From IMG/VR virus record IMGVR_UViG_3300002091_000059, positions 1-36,134 of that record: DNA of 36,134 nt; one strand, written 5' to 3'. The position numbers and the translations under genes were made by a program. Below the pieces are notes generated by a model. It did no database searches. It saw nothing but the letters and a program-made list of their open reading frames with translations, and had not been told where the DNA came from. How positions within the stretch are numbered: position 1 is the first letter of the stretch; each line of letters starts with the position of its first letter. Source of the DNA: a virus. Its lineage: Duplodnaviria; Caudoviricetes. Shown piece by piece: positions 7,729-16,461 of this stretch.

Positions 7729-8209
7729 AAATACCGTATTTGAAATGACACAGTTGCCTGATGAGGTAACTGATCTACGATTCTGTGTACTTGATAACAG
7801 CAATCCAGTTGATCCAGACTACTTCTTCCTACCACTTGTATTTCTTGAATCATTTAATGACCCAGCACTGGTATTGAGGATTGGTCCACATACTATTAAG
7901 ATGCCATACAACTGGCGTATCCTTATTGGAGAAGCTGAAATTGGAGATCTAGAAGCATTACCACTCACCAAGCTAAATGACCGAGGATTCGAAGCATTTA
8001 CATTTAATCCACTCAAGAGTTTTAGGGCACAGTTCTACCCAATTGAAATTGTGGATGTCTACCAGGATGTGCGTTGGTTCTTCCCCAAGCTAAGGAATGG
8101 ACAGTTGTTATGTGTACCAATCAGCAGTGGTCCCAATCCAGTGTGCGCTTATTTTGTTAAAGACATTAGCAGAGCCAGCGAATTCATTGACATTCAGAAG
8201 ATTGTCTAG
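7709..8209 (+). CDS. conserved hypothetical protein, possible degenerate Hint fold
   Basis: 166-aa beta-rich ORF with AGGA RBS; see findings. Confidence 0.7.
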   Translation: MRILTVENTVFEMTQLPDEVTDLRFCVLDNSNPVDPDYFFLPLVFLESFNDPALVLRIGPHTIKMPYNWRILIGEAEIGDLEALPLTKLNDRGFEAFTFNPLKSFRAQFYPIEIVDVYQDVRWFFPKLRNGQLLCVPISSGPNPVCAYFVKDISRASEFIDIQKIV

Positions 8210-8215
8210 TATAAT
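8187..8215 (+). promoter_or_regulatory. consensus sigma70 promoter, leaderless position
   Basis: TTGACA-N17-TATAAT ending 5 nt before ATG 8221. Confidence 0.85.
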
Positions 8216-8220
8216 AAGGC

Positions 8221-8703
8221 ATGGCTCAGGAATCAAATCTCAGTGTAATGCTAAAGGCAATTGATCACAAGAAGCGTGATTACTTTGATCAATTGCCCGA
8301 TGACTTAAAGAAGAAGCACAGTAGCTTTTTAGCTCTGCGTTGGGCAAGTACTATTCATGGCACAGGTGACTTGCCCAAGTATTATGTATTAAGCACCAAC
8401 CAGCAGGTTAACAAACACTTTTGGAGTTTAAACAAACATCCCAAGCTACAGTGGTTGTTAACCAGTTGTATCAGTCCCAACATGGGTAGTTATAGGCATG
8501 AGTACATTCCCTTTAAGAGCAAGCAGGCAAAGAACAAGCGAGCTCAATTAATTGCAGAGTTGTATCCCACAATGAAAATGGCTGAGGCTGAGATGTTGGA
8601 TGCTATGACAACAGATGCGGAGCTTGAACAAATTCTTGTCGATAGGGGTTGGCAGGATAAAGAGATCAAAAAGACAATGAAGGAAGTTGGTAATGACAAT
8701 TAA
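8221..8703 (+). CDS. putative clamp-loader small subunit (T4 gp62-like)
   Basis: Size and pattern FLALRWAS...NQQVN...KLQWLL...RHEYIP.K...LIAELY...EAEML resemble gp62-family proteins. Confidence 0.5.
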   Translation: MAQESNLSVMLKAIDHKKRDYFDQLPDDLKKKHSSFLALRWASTIHGTGDLPKYYVLSTNQQVNKHFWSLNKHPKLQWLLTSCISPNMGSYRHEYIPFKSKQAKNKRAQLIAELYPTMKMAEAEMLDAMTTDAELEQILVDRGWQDKEIKKTMKEVGNDN

Positions 8704-8953
8704 GGCTGTTAGAATAGATCCAACAATTGGTTATGGTAATACTAATGACACATTTGGTGGCCAGGAAATACACATCATGGCTACTCCAGAATTAACAAAG
8801 TTGATACAATGGTGGAAAAAGTGGGGACCTGTCTTTGACGATAACAGTGCAACAGTTCAGGATGCACTAGTTCAAGCTAGGGTATTGCATGAACTAGCAA
8901 AGGAACAGAGTGATCAACCAAACACTTATAGTTGGACTGAAACAACTCTATGA
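8693..8953 (+). CDS. hypothetical protein
   Basis: Coupled ORF with AAGGA RBS. Confidence 0.65.
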   Translation: MTIKAVRIDPTIGYGNTNDTFGGQEIHIMATPELTKLIQWWKKWGPVFDDNSATVQDALVQARVLHELAKEQSDQPNTYSWTETTL

Positions 8954-9678
8954 AGGTAGACATGTCAAGCTTAATTGCAGAAGCAGTAGCTAACGCAAAA
9001 GAGGGTGATCACAAGTGTATGTATTGTGGTAAGGGATTTATTCGTGAGAGTACCCTTACAGCACATCAATGTGAACCCAAGCGTAGAGCACAGCAAAAGA
9101 CTGAAGTGGGAGTTAACCTTGCTTATCAAGCATGGTTGCGTTTCTTTGAATTAAGTCAGGGCAGTGCCAAGCTAAAGACATATGATGACTTTTGTAAGAG
9201 TCAATTCTATGCGGGCTTTGTCAAGTTTGGAAGATATTGCCATAGTATCCGTGCTATTAATGCAACACGCTTTATTGACTATGTAATCAAGAACAATATC
9301 AAGCTGGATCATTGGTGCAAGGAAAAAGTTTATGATATATATTTGTTGCAGTTGCTAACATCAGAAGCAGCTGAAGATGCTCTTGCTCGTGGCATTGAAC
9401 ATATGCAGGAGTGGTCTGAATCAACAGGAGCAAATTATAATGATTACTTCAAAAGCATTTCATCCAACAGACTCGTCGGTGATATTAGAAACGGTCGCAT
9501 CAGTGCTTGGTGTTTGTATTGCTGCGACACTGGTGTTATGGCTCTGGCTGGGCTAAACCCAGAACAGATCACTTTAATTTGGCCATATATAGACTCTGAT
9601 GTATGGCAAAAGAAGCTCAAAGACTATCCTGCTGATGCGGAGATGGCAAAGTATATTCTAAAAGAGGCAGGACTATGA
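8950..9678 (+). CDS. hypothetical protein with N-terminal C2H2-like zinc finger
   Basis: HKCMYCGKGFIRESTLTAHQC matches Cx2Cx3Fx5Lx2H. Confidence 0.75.
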   Translation: MKVDMSSLIAEAVANAKEGDHKCMYCGKGFIRESTLTAHQCEPKRRAQQKTEVGVNLAYQAWLRFFELSQGSAKLKTYDDFCKSQFYAGFVKFGRYCHSIRAINATRFIDYVIKNNIKLDHWCKEKVYDIYLLQLLTSEAAEDALARGIEHMQEWSESTGANYNDYFKSISSNRLVGDIRNGRISAWCLYCCDTGVMALAGLNPEQITLIWPYIDSDVWQKKLKDYPADAEMAKYILKEAGL

Positions 9679-9902
9679 ATTACGGTGGAATTGACGCTTA
9701 TCCCAAACCAGAAAAACCCTGGCATCCCTGGAAGAAGAAGTTTTTATGGATGCCTAAGGTTATTGATGGGCGTGTATATTGGATGCGTAATGTTTATCAA
9801 CGATTTCGAACAAATCATTGGATCCCTGGCAGCATTGAGATAGCATTTGAATACCAATATGCTGTTAATATATTTGATCTAATGCAGAAAGACTCACAGT
9901 GA
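9675..9902 (+). CDS. small Trp-rich hypothetical protein
   Basis: GAGGCAGGA RBS, ATGA coupling, W..WKKKFLWMP...G..YW pattern. Confidence 0.7.
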   Translation: MNYGGIDAYPKPEKPWHPWKKKFLWMPKVIDGRVYWMRNVYQRFRTNHWIPGSIEIAFEYQYAVNIFDLMQKDSQ

Positions 9903-10480
9903 AAAAGTTTAGTGCTGATATTGATATTGACTTTGCTGATAGAGAAGCAGTACTCAATGTCATTAAACATGTCCCAGCTGCTATACATCGTAATGGTAGT
10001 TGGGGTAAGCACAATACTGGAGTTTATGTTAATCCCATTCCAGCTGATCCTTTTACTCATATTGTCAATATTGATTATGAAACAGCAGAGGACATGGGAT
10101 ACATTAAGCTGGACTTATTAAATGTTCATGTCTATAGTCAGGTAAAGAGCGAAGATCATTTAAATGAACTCATTGCTCAAGAGCCACTGTGGGATATGCT
10201 GGAACATCGTGAGTTTGTTGAGCATGTGATCCATATAGGAAAACATTATGATCTAATTCACAAGATGCCTGAGCCCATTAACTCCGTTGTTCGTATGGCA
10301 ATGTTTATTGCATTGATTAGACCGGGTAAGCGACACTTGGTTGGTCTACCATGGCGTAACGTTGCCAAGACGATATGGGAGAAAACCGAGGACGGATATG
10401 CATTCAAGCAATCACATAGTGTTGCCTACGCACAATTAGTCGCAGTTCATATGAACTTGTTAACCCAAGCGGCGAACTAG
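9899..10480 (+). CDS. miniature DNA polymerase III alpha (DnaE/family C) catalytic-core-like protein
   Basis: DIDIDF, KHNTGV, GYIKLDLL, ALIRPG and GYAFKQSHSVAYA motifs in DnaE order within 193 aa. Confidence 0.85.
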   Translation: MKKFSADIDIDFADREAVLNVIKHVPAAIHRNGSWGKHNTGVYVNPIPADPFTHIVNIDYETAEDMGYIKLDLLNVHVYSQVKSEDHLNELIAQEPLWDMLEHREFVEHVIHIGKHYDLIHKMPEPINSVVRMAMFIALIRPGKRHLVGLPWRNVAKTIWEKTEDGYAFKQSHSVAYAQLVAVHMNLLTQAAN

Positions 10481-10834
10481 CTGTACCACACGACGCTTCG
10501 TGCGTTTATTAGCTAGATTAGCAAGACAAACAACATGACCCTGTTGCTCTTTAATGTCCTTAACATTGAGAGTAACTAAACTGTACCTAAATTCACTCCA
10601 AGTATGCTTTAAAAAAATATTGATGGGAATGGATCTATTGCTTTCCCACCACCAAACATCTGCTTGTTCTAAAAATCTACGTTTATGTTCCTCTGTCTTT
10701 AACTTGTTAAAGGCATATATGCTAATGATGTCGCCATCAAAATTCTGTATTACGCCCACATAGTCGCTATGGGTGTACTTTATGAAACTTAAAAATGGGT
10801 AATTTTCCAACAGTTCTTCTAAACTTAATGACAT
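10460..10834 (-). CDS. conserved hypothetical protein (124 aa)
   Basis: Clean ORF (YPFLS...WWWESNRSIPINIFL) with TATAAATA on the minus strand upstream. Confidence 0.75.
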   Translation of the reverse strand: MSLSLEELLENYPFLSFIKYTHSDYVGVIQNFDGDIISIYAFNKLKTEEHKRRFLEQADVWWWESNRSIPINIFLKHTWSEFRYSLVTLNVKDIKEQQGHVVCLANLANKRTKRRVVQLVRRLG

Positions 10835-10884
10835 AAATATTCTAAGACGGGGTTCAAAGTGCAAATCATCTCAGGATATTTATA
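10832..10884. promoter_or_regulatory. pair of overlapping divergent late promoters
   Basis: CATAAATA (+) at 10832-10839 and TATAAATA (-) at 10884-10877. Confidence 0.6.
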
Positions 10885-11650
10885 TAACCAAAACATGGAC
10901 GCGGTAATATTTCTTGACTCAGTCATCAATAGGGAGAACACCTTAGTGTATGCTAAACCTCTACAGATCTATAAAGGGATAGATAACAAGATCAAACTAT
11001 TGATCAAGAATCAAGATCAGAAATTGCAGAACCTAACAGATGGTTATATCATTTTTAATCTAATGGACAGCGATACACGTGAGCTAATTCTTTCAAGACG
11101 AGCAATGATTACAACAGACAAGCGCGGTACAGCTTATGTTAATCTTGCCAATATGGATCTAATGGACCTAACAGCAGGCATTTACAATTATAGTCTACAG
11201 TATACTACTGGTGAGAATGAACAGCGTGTAATTTATAGTGATGACCAATTCAATGCTCAGGGGCAAGCTCGTATAGTTGATGGTGTATATCCAAATTTTG
11301 TACCCAGTTTGGAACCACGCCTTGGTCCATTTAACAATAATAATCCAAATACAGGTGGATTTTACGCTGACCCATCAACTGTAATTTCAGATGTTATGGA
11401 AGTTAAAGCACGATCAATTGCTCAAACTGTACAATATAATGTAACAGATTTTTTTGGAAGTGTTGTAATTGAAGGTAGTTTAAGTCCCACACTTACGGCG
11501 TATCCAGATGATTGGTTCTATATCACTGAAATAGATTTTATCTATAACAGTGGTTGTTATTCTCAGAATTTTGAAGGTAAGTTCAGTTTGATACGTTTTA
11601 AGATACACACTGAGAGTGGCACACTCGATAAAATTCTTTACCGTCCATAA
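10859..11650 (+). CDS. probable virion structural protein (Ig/BppU-like beta domain)
   Basis: GTG start after late promoter; IYKGIDN.I.L.IKN.DQK...G.Y.YSL pattern. Confidence 0.6.
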   Translation: MQIISGYLYNQNMDAVIFLDSVINRENTLVYAKPLQIYKGIDNKIKLLIKNQDQKLQNLTDGYIIFNLMDSDTRELILSRRAMITTDKRGTAYVNLANMDLMDLTAGIYNYSLQYTTGENEQRVIYSDDQFNAQGQARIVDGVYPNFVPSLEPRLGPFNNNNPNTGGFYADPSTVISDVMEVKARSIAQTVQYNVTDFFGSVVIEGSLSPTLTAYPDDWFYITEIDFIYNSGCYSQNFEGKFSLIRFKIHTESGTLDKILYRP

Positions 11651-11665
11651 TAATCATGCTATAAT
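11637..11665 (+). promoter_or_regulatory. extended -10 sigma70 promoter, leaderless position
   Basis: TTTACC-N17-TATAAT with TGn, ending 5 nt before ATG 11671. Confidence 0.7.
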
Positions 11666-11670
11666 AAAGT

Positions 11671-12693
11671 ATGTTTGATATCCAACATGAAATTGTTTCG
11701 GCGTGGACTCTTAGGCGCAAAGCCAAGAGCAATGCATCTGGTTGGATTAGTGCTAATGCAGTTTGTTGTCATCACAATGGACAGACAGCTGACACGAGAG
11801 GCCGCGGCGGGCTATTCCCCAGCAGAGCTGGCGCCGCCAGTTATCATTGTTTTAACTGTGGGTTTACTGCAAATTGGCAACCTGGTAGGCGTATTAATCT
11901 CAAGATGCGAAAGCTATTGGGATGGATGGGTGTCAGTGAAGATGATATTCGTCGTATCAGTCTATTTGCCCTGGGACAAATTGATACCAGTCAAGAAATT
12001 AAAAAGGAAGCAATTAAAGAACTTCCAAAATTTGAATGTAAAGAGGTGTGTCCTGGCCAAGAGCTACTTGATTGGTTTGTTAATGCGGATGCAACTGCCA
12101 AAGACCTAGCGCAAGCAGAGGCAATGGTAAGCTACTTGGATAGTCGTGGACTTGGTGATAAACTAGAGTATTTTAGATGGCATAATGACACAACTACTCA
12201 TATGTACAATCGTGTACTAATACCATTTACATGGTTGGGTCAACCAATGGGATATAGTGGGCGTAGCATTGTGCAGACCAAACGCAAATATTATACTGAG
12301 CACCCACCACATTTTGTTTACAACTATGACAAGCAGCAGCAGGATGCCAAGTTTTGTTTGGTAGTTGAAGGCGCATTTGATGCCATTGCTGTTGATGGGT
12401 TGGCTATTCTAACTAATGAGTGCAATGAATCACAGGCTATGATCGTCGACAGTCTTAATAGAGAAGTCATTGTTATACCCGACAGAGATAAAGCAGGTAT
12501 GACATTGGTTAATGATGCTATGGAATATGGATGGAATGTGGCATTTCCAGACTGGGAAAAGGATATCAAGGACTGCTCTGATGCCGTACAAAGATATGGG
12601 CAGTTGTTTACAATGAAAACAATATTGAACAGTGTAGAAAACAGTAACTTAAAGATTCAATTAATGAGTCGAAGGTGGTTTAATGGAAATTAA
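11671..12693 (+). CDS. dnaG: DNA primase (DnaG/T4 gp61-like)
   Basis: Zn-binding CC...YHCFNCG; TOPRIM VVEGAFDA and PDRDKAG; KDCSD. Confidence 0.88.
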   Translation: MFDIQHEIVSAWTLRRKAKSNASGWISANAVCCHHNGQTADTRGRGGLFPSRAGAASYHCFNCGFTANWQPGRRINLKMRKLLGWMGVSEDDIRRISLFALGQIDTSQEIKKEAIKELPKFECKEVCPGQELLDWFVNADATAKDLAQAEAMVSYLDSRGLGDKLEYFRWHNDTTTHMYNRVLIPFTWLGQPMGYSGRSIVQTKRKYYTEHPPHFVYNYDKQQQDAKFCLVVEGAFDAIAVDGLAILTNECNESQAMIVDSLNREVIVIPDRDKAGMTLVNDAMEYGWNVAFPDWEKDIKDCSDAVQRYGQLFTMKTILNSVENSNLKIQLMSRRWFNGN

Positions 12694-13870
12694 TTCAATC
12701 GATCCTGCTCCATCGTCAATTACTCGCCCAACCTTTCTAGTAGATTGGATGGTTACAAAATATTGTAACTTGAACTGTAGTTACTGCGGGCCATATGATC
12801 ACGACAACCATAGCCCTCATCCAGAATTTGAGAAAACCAAGAAAACTATTGACTTCATCTACGAGTATGTTGACCTATATATGACATATAAACGCGGCTG
12901 GCAAAAAGGGTTAGTGCTTAATGTATACGGTGGTGAAAGTTTAATTCATCCTGACATCGTTAATATATTGCGGGAAATAAAACACCGTCATAAGGTGTAT
13001 GAAGACAAGTGGCCTTTAACCGTACAGATTACTACTAATGCTGTAATTGGGTCAAACACATTGGATAAAGTATTAGCGTATGTAGATGACTGGACTGTTA
13101 GCTTTCACAGTGAGTCATTACCTAAGCAACGAGAACTTGCGTTAAAGAACGTAAAAACTATTCATGACAGTGGCAAAGCTGTCAGATGCATCATTATGAT
13201 GAACCCAATGGCTTGGGATATATGTATGGCGGCAGTTGAATACTGTAAACTACACGGTATACGGTATACTGCTAAGGCATTGGATACAGATGGCCCTTAC
13301 AGTACGAACCCCAATAAGGATCTGTACTCGTATAATGATGAACAAATGAGTTTCATTAAAAATCAATGGGTTGACAGCAAGAGTACTACAACTGCCGGCA
13401 AGCAACTATTAGTTGATAAGGTTGAAGCAACTGGACAAACAATTGCTAGGGATCAAGGTCGAGCCTGCTGTGGTGGAAGAAGCATGTGTGTTAACCAGGA
13501 CTTTAAAAATAGAGTCAGTGCAGTCCCACTTTCCACCTTTACTGATTGGTATTGCAGCGTAAATTGGTATTTCCTACATATAAATCAACAAACTGGTGAG
13601 ATTTACAATAATAAGGATTGTAGAACCAGCTTGTTTAATAAGGTAGAGCCGGTTGGTAATCTAAATGATACAGCATCAATAGTTGTCCAGCATAGGGAAT
13701 GGTTGGAGCAGGGTACTATGCCCGTAATCAAATGCATTAAGCCTACATGCAATTGTGGAATTTGCGCACCCAAGGCACGAGACATAACTACATTTAAATC
13801 AGTCATGCGGAACCATTGGACAGAAGATCGCTGTATAGATGGTTCTATTCTTGATTTCCCCAAACAATGA
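12683..13870 (+). CDS. radical SAM enzyme with Cys-rich C-terminal (SPASM/twitch-like) domain
   Basis: CNLNCSYC (CX3CX2C), YGGE, TTNA, SFH; C-terminal CCGG...C...C.KPTCNCGIC. Confidence 0.88.
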   Translation: MEINSIDPAPSSITRPTFLVDWMVTKYCNLNCSYCGPYDHDNHSPHPEFEKTKKTIDFIYEYVDLYMTYKRGWQKGLVLNVYGGESLIHPDIVNILREIKHRHKVYEDKWPLTVQITTNAVIGSNTLDKVLAYVDDWTVSFHSESLPKQRELALKNVKTIHDSGKAVRCIIMMNPMAWDICMAAVEYCKLHGIRYTAKALDTDGPYSTNPNKDLYSYNDEQMSFIKNQWVDSKSTTTAGKQLLVDKVEATGQTIARDQGRACCGGRSMCVNQDFKNRVSAVPLSTFTDWYCSVNWYFLHINQQTGEIYNNKDCRTSLFNKVEPVGNLNDTASIVVQHREWLEQGTMPVIKCIKPTCNCGICAPKARDITTFKSVMRNHWTEDRCIDGSILDFPKQ

Positions 13871-13879
13871 GTGTATATT
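13851..13879 (+). promoter_or_regulatory. sigma70-type promoter, leaderless position
   Basis: TTGATT-N17-TATATT ending 6 nt before ATG 13886. Confidence 0.6.
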
Positions 13880-13885
13880 AAATAG

Positions 13886-15277
13886 ATGTCAACATCGTAT
13901 GATACGGGTATTCAAAAGCTATTTCTTGAAATGATGATGCAGGATCCACAGAGTTTTGTGCGTGTGCAGAACATCTACAATGTTGAAAACTTTGATCGTA
14001 GTTTAAAGACTGCCGCTGAGTTCATTAAGACACATTGTGCCAATCACAATACTATGCCAACATTTGAACAAATCAATGCCGTGTGTAAGACTGATTTACA
14101 GCCAGCACCTGGATTGAACGAGGATCATTATAATTGGTTCCTTGATGAGTTTGAGGGCTTTACAAAACAAAAGGAACTTGAGAGAGCTATCCTAAAAGCA
14201 GCTGACTTGCTGGAAAAGGGCGACTATTCTCCTGTTGAAAAGTTGATTAAAGATGCAGTACAGATCAGTCTAACTAAAGACATGGGCACTGACTATTTTG
14301 CAGATCCAAGGGCAAGACTCATGCGTATTAAAGACAACAATGGACAAGTATCAACTGGTTGGCTAACCTTAGATAAGCTGCTGTATGGTGGATTCAATAG
14401 AGGCGAGCTAAACATCTTTGCAGGCGGCTCCGGCAGTGGTAAGTCATTGTTTATGCAGAACATCGCAGTTAATTGGATGCTGTTGGGACTTAATGGAGTT
14501 TACATTACACTGGAACTCAGTGAAGAGTTAACCAGTATGCGTATTGACAGTATGCTTGCCAATATTAGCAGCAAAGATATCTTTAAGGAGATTGATGCTG
14601 TTGATATGAAGATTCGTATGGTTGGTAAAAGGGCAGGCAACTTGCAAATCAAGTATATGCCAGCTCAGAGTACAGTAAACGACATCCGTGCTTATCTTAA
14701 AGAACTACAGATCAAGACAGGGCAAAAGCTGGACTTTGTAATGTTGGATTACATGGATCTATTGATGCCAGTTAGTGCAAAGGTAAGTCCCAGTGATTTG
14801 TTCGTCAAGGACAAGTATGTGGCAGAAGAAGTGCGTAACTTGGCTAAAGAGCTACAGATGTTGCTGGTAACAGCAAGTCAGTTAAATCGAAGTGCAGTTG
14901 AAGAGATTGAATTTGATCACAGTCACATTAGTGGTGGTATCAGTAAGATCAATACTGCGGATAACTTGTTTGGTATCTTTACCAGCAGAGCAATGCGTGA
15001 GCATGGCAGGTATCAATTGCAGTGTATGAAGACTAGAAGTTCAAGTGGTGTTGGTCAAAAGATTGAACTTGAGTTTGATATCGATACATTGCGTATTCGT
15101 GATGCTCCTGAATCAGATAATGGTATTAATAAGAAGCCCAGCAATATTATGAGTCAAATTAAGCAAAAGACAACAGTGACACCCGCCACTACAGAAGCTC
15201 CTGCTGGTAAAATTACTGCTGAAGTCAATAGTAGTAAGCTGAAGCAGATGTTAAACAATATCAAATCCACTAACTAA
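13886..15277 (+). CDS. dnaB: replicative DNA helicase (DnaB/T4 gp41-like)
   Basis: STGW..LD..L.GG..RGEL, GGSGSGKS, ITLEL, LDYMDL, TASQLNR, KTR. Confidence 0.92.
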   Translation: MSTSYDTGIQKLFLEMMMQDPQSFVRVQNIYNVENFDRSLKTAAEFIKTHCANHNTMPTFEQINAVCKTDLQPAPGLNEDHYNWFLDEFEGFTKQKELERAILKAADLLEKGDYSPVEKLIKDAVQISLTKDMGTDYFADPRARLMRIKDNNGQVSTGWLTLDKLLYGGFNRGELNIFAGGSGSGKSLFMQNIAVNWMLLGLNGVYITLELSEELTSMRIDSMLANISSKDIFKEIDAVDMKIRMVGKRAGNLQIKYMPAQSTVNDIRAYLKELQIKTGQKLDFVMLDYMDLLMPVSAKVSPSDLFVKDKYVAEEVRNLAKELQMLLVTASQLNRSAVEEIEFDHSHISGGISKINTADNLFGIFTSRAMREHGRYQLQCMKTRSSSGVGQKIELEFDIDTLRIRDAPESDNGINKKPSNIMSQIKQKTTVTPATTEAPAGKITAEVNSSKLKQMLNNIKSTN

Positions 15278-16163
15278 AATCAACTGCACTAACATACTGT
15301 CTCTTTTTAATTTCAGACAGTATGGATTCTTTATTGTTATAGATCATTTTACCAATATAGATATATCCTGGACGTAATCGTGGGTCATACTCTTTAAACC
15401 CGCGTGATTCAAAGAACGGTCTGTGTTTCCTAAAATAACTCAGACAGTTTTCTCTATTAATCCTACTTTCAATTGTGTCATTATCACTGAGTGTTACTCT
15501 AAAGTCAGCTGAGAAATATTCCCATGGTTTAAAGGCATCATCATGTATATACTGGTCATTGTCCTTCATTAATTCTTCAAGTGTTTTACCAATCTCAACA
15601 TAGTTTAGGTATAAGCCACCAAATTCATAGCAGTCAGTTAGATAATCGTAGTCTTTGATGTTTAACTTTTCTGTTTTGGGTAATTGGAAATATGTAACAA
15701 CAAAGCGTGGTTGATTACTTCTTTGTAAGCTTTCAATACGATGCACACATACATTTAAATCAGCCAAAGCCTTCCTAACTTCAACACTTGCGTTATTCCA
15801 ATATACAGTATCTTGTTGATCCAATAGTCCATGATATTCTTCAAAGATGTGATGTAGATAATTGAGTGTGTCCTGATCCATAATGGAATCTAGATGTCTA
15901 TCAATCATATGAATGTAGCTGTTTATTGTGTTTATATTGTTGTTAATTTTATCAAGTGCTGCGGTAATTTCATTTGGTTTATCATTGAGACCATAAAACC
16001 GTTTTGGGTCGTCAATTTGGTAATTTTTACGTTGTGCTATAGTGACTAGCTGTTGCCATCTGGCAGCTATATCCGTTGGGAATATATTGAAATCTAATAC
16101 TAACTTATTGTCTTGATTAAGTTGGTCAGATAAAGTAATATGACATTGTGTTGACATATTCAT
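15270..16163 (-). CDS. hypothetical protein (~297 aa)
   Basis: Long minus-strand ORF; the start is uncertain (ATG at 16172, 16163 or 16157), and the 16298 start would overlap the divergent gene. Confidence 0.75.
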   Translation of the reverse strand: MNMSTQCHITLSDQLNQDNKLVLDFNIFPTDIAARWQQLVTIAQRKNYQIDDPKRFYGLNDKPNEITAALDKINNNINTINSYIHMIDRHLDSIMDQDTLNYLHHIFEEYHGLLDQQDTVYWNNASVEVRKALADLNVCVHRIESLQRSNQPRFVVTYFQLPKTEKLNIKDYDYLTDCYEFGGLYLNYVEIGKTLEELMKDNDQYIHDDAFKPWEYFSADFRVTLSDNDTIESRINRENCLSYFRKHRPFFESRGFKEYDPRLRPGYIYIGKMIYNNKESILSEIKKRQYVSAVDFS

Positions 16164-16209
16164 ATCTATCATTGACGCTGATATACAATAAATAAAATGG
16201 GGATACTTT

Positions 16210-16461
16210 TTGCGTAAGACGACTCGTAGTTTATTAGATGAGATTAGTACTATGGTTCCATCTCGCGATCGCAACCTTGTGATCGAGAGTCGTGCCAATC
16301 ATATCATTAGTAGTGCTATAAATTTAATGCAGATGATTAGAGAAACCTACGAAGGTGACGACGCTGAAGAACTGGAAAGAAGACTAATTAATAGTATCAG
16401 AGGAAAAGATCCCAACAAGTTTATTAGAGGGCTCAGGAGAATTAGAGATGAAGAGCAGTGA
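16210..16461 (+). CDS. conserved helical hypothetical protein (83 aa), late
   Basis: AATAAATA at 16187-16194, GGGGA RBS, TTG start. Confidence 0.75.
   Translation: MRKTTRSLLDEISTMVPSRDRNLVIESRANHIISSAINLMQMIRETYEGDDAEELERRLINSIRGKDPNKFIRGLRRIRDEEQ

Noticed and set aside
12740-12758. Fourth operator-like site GTAGA-N7-GTTACAA in the radical SAM gene
   Set aside because: The left half is mismatched, the central AA is absent and it is not near a promoter; probably chance.
16164-16298. N-terminal extension of the 342-aa minus ORF
   Set aside because: It overlaps the divergent 83-aa gene and its late promoter.
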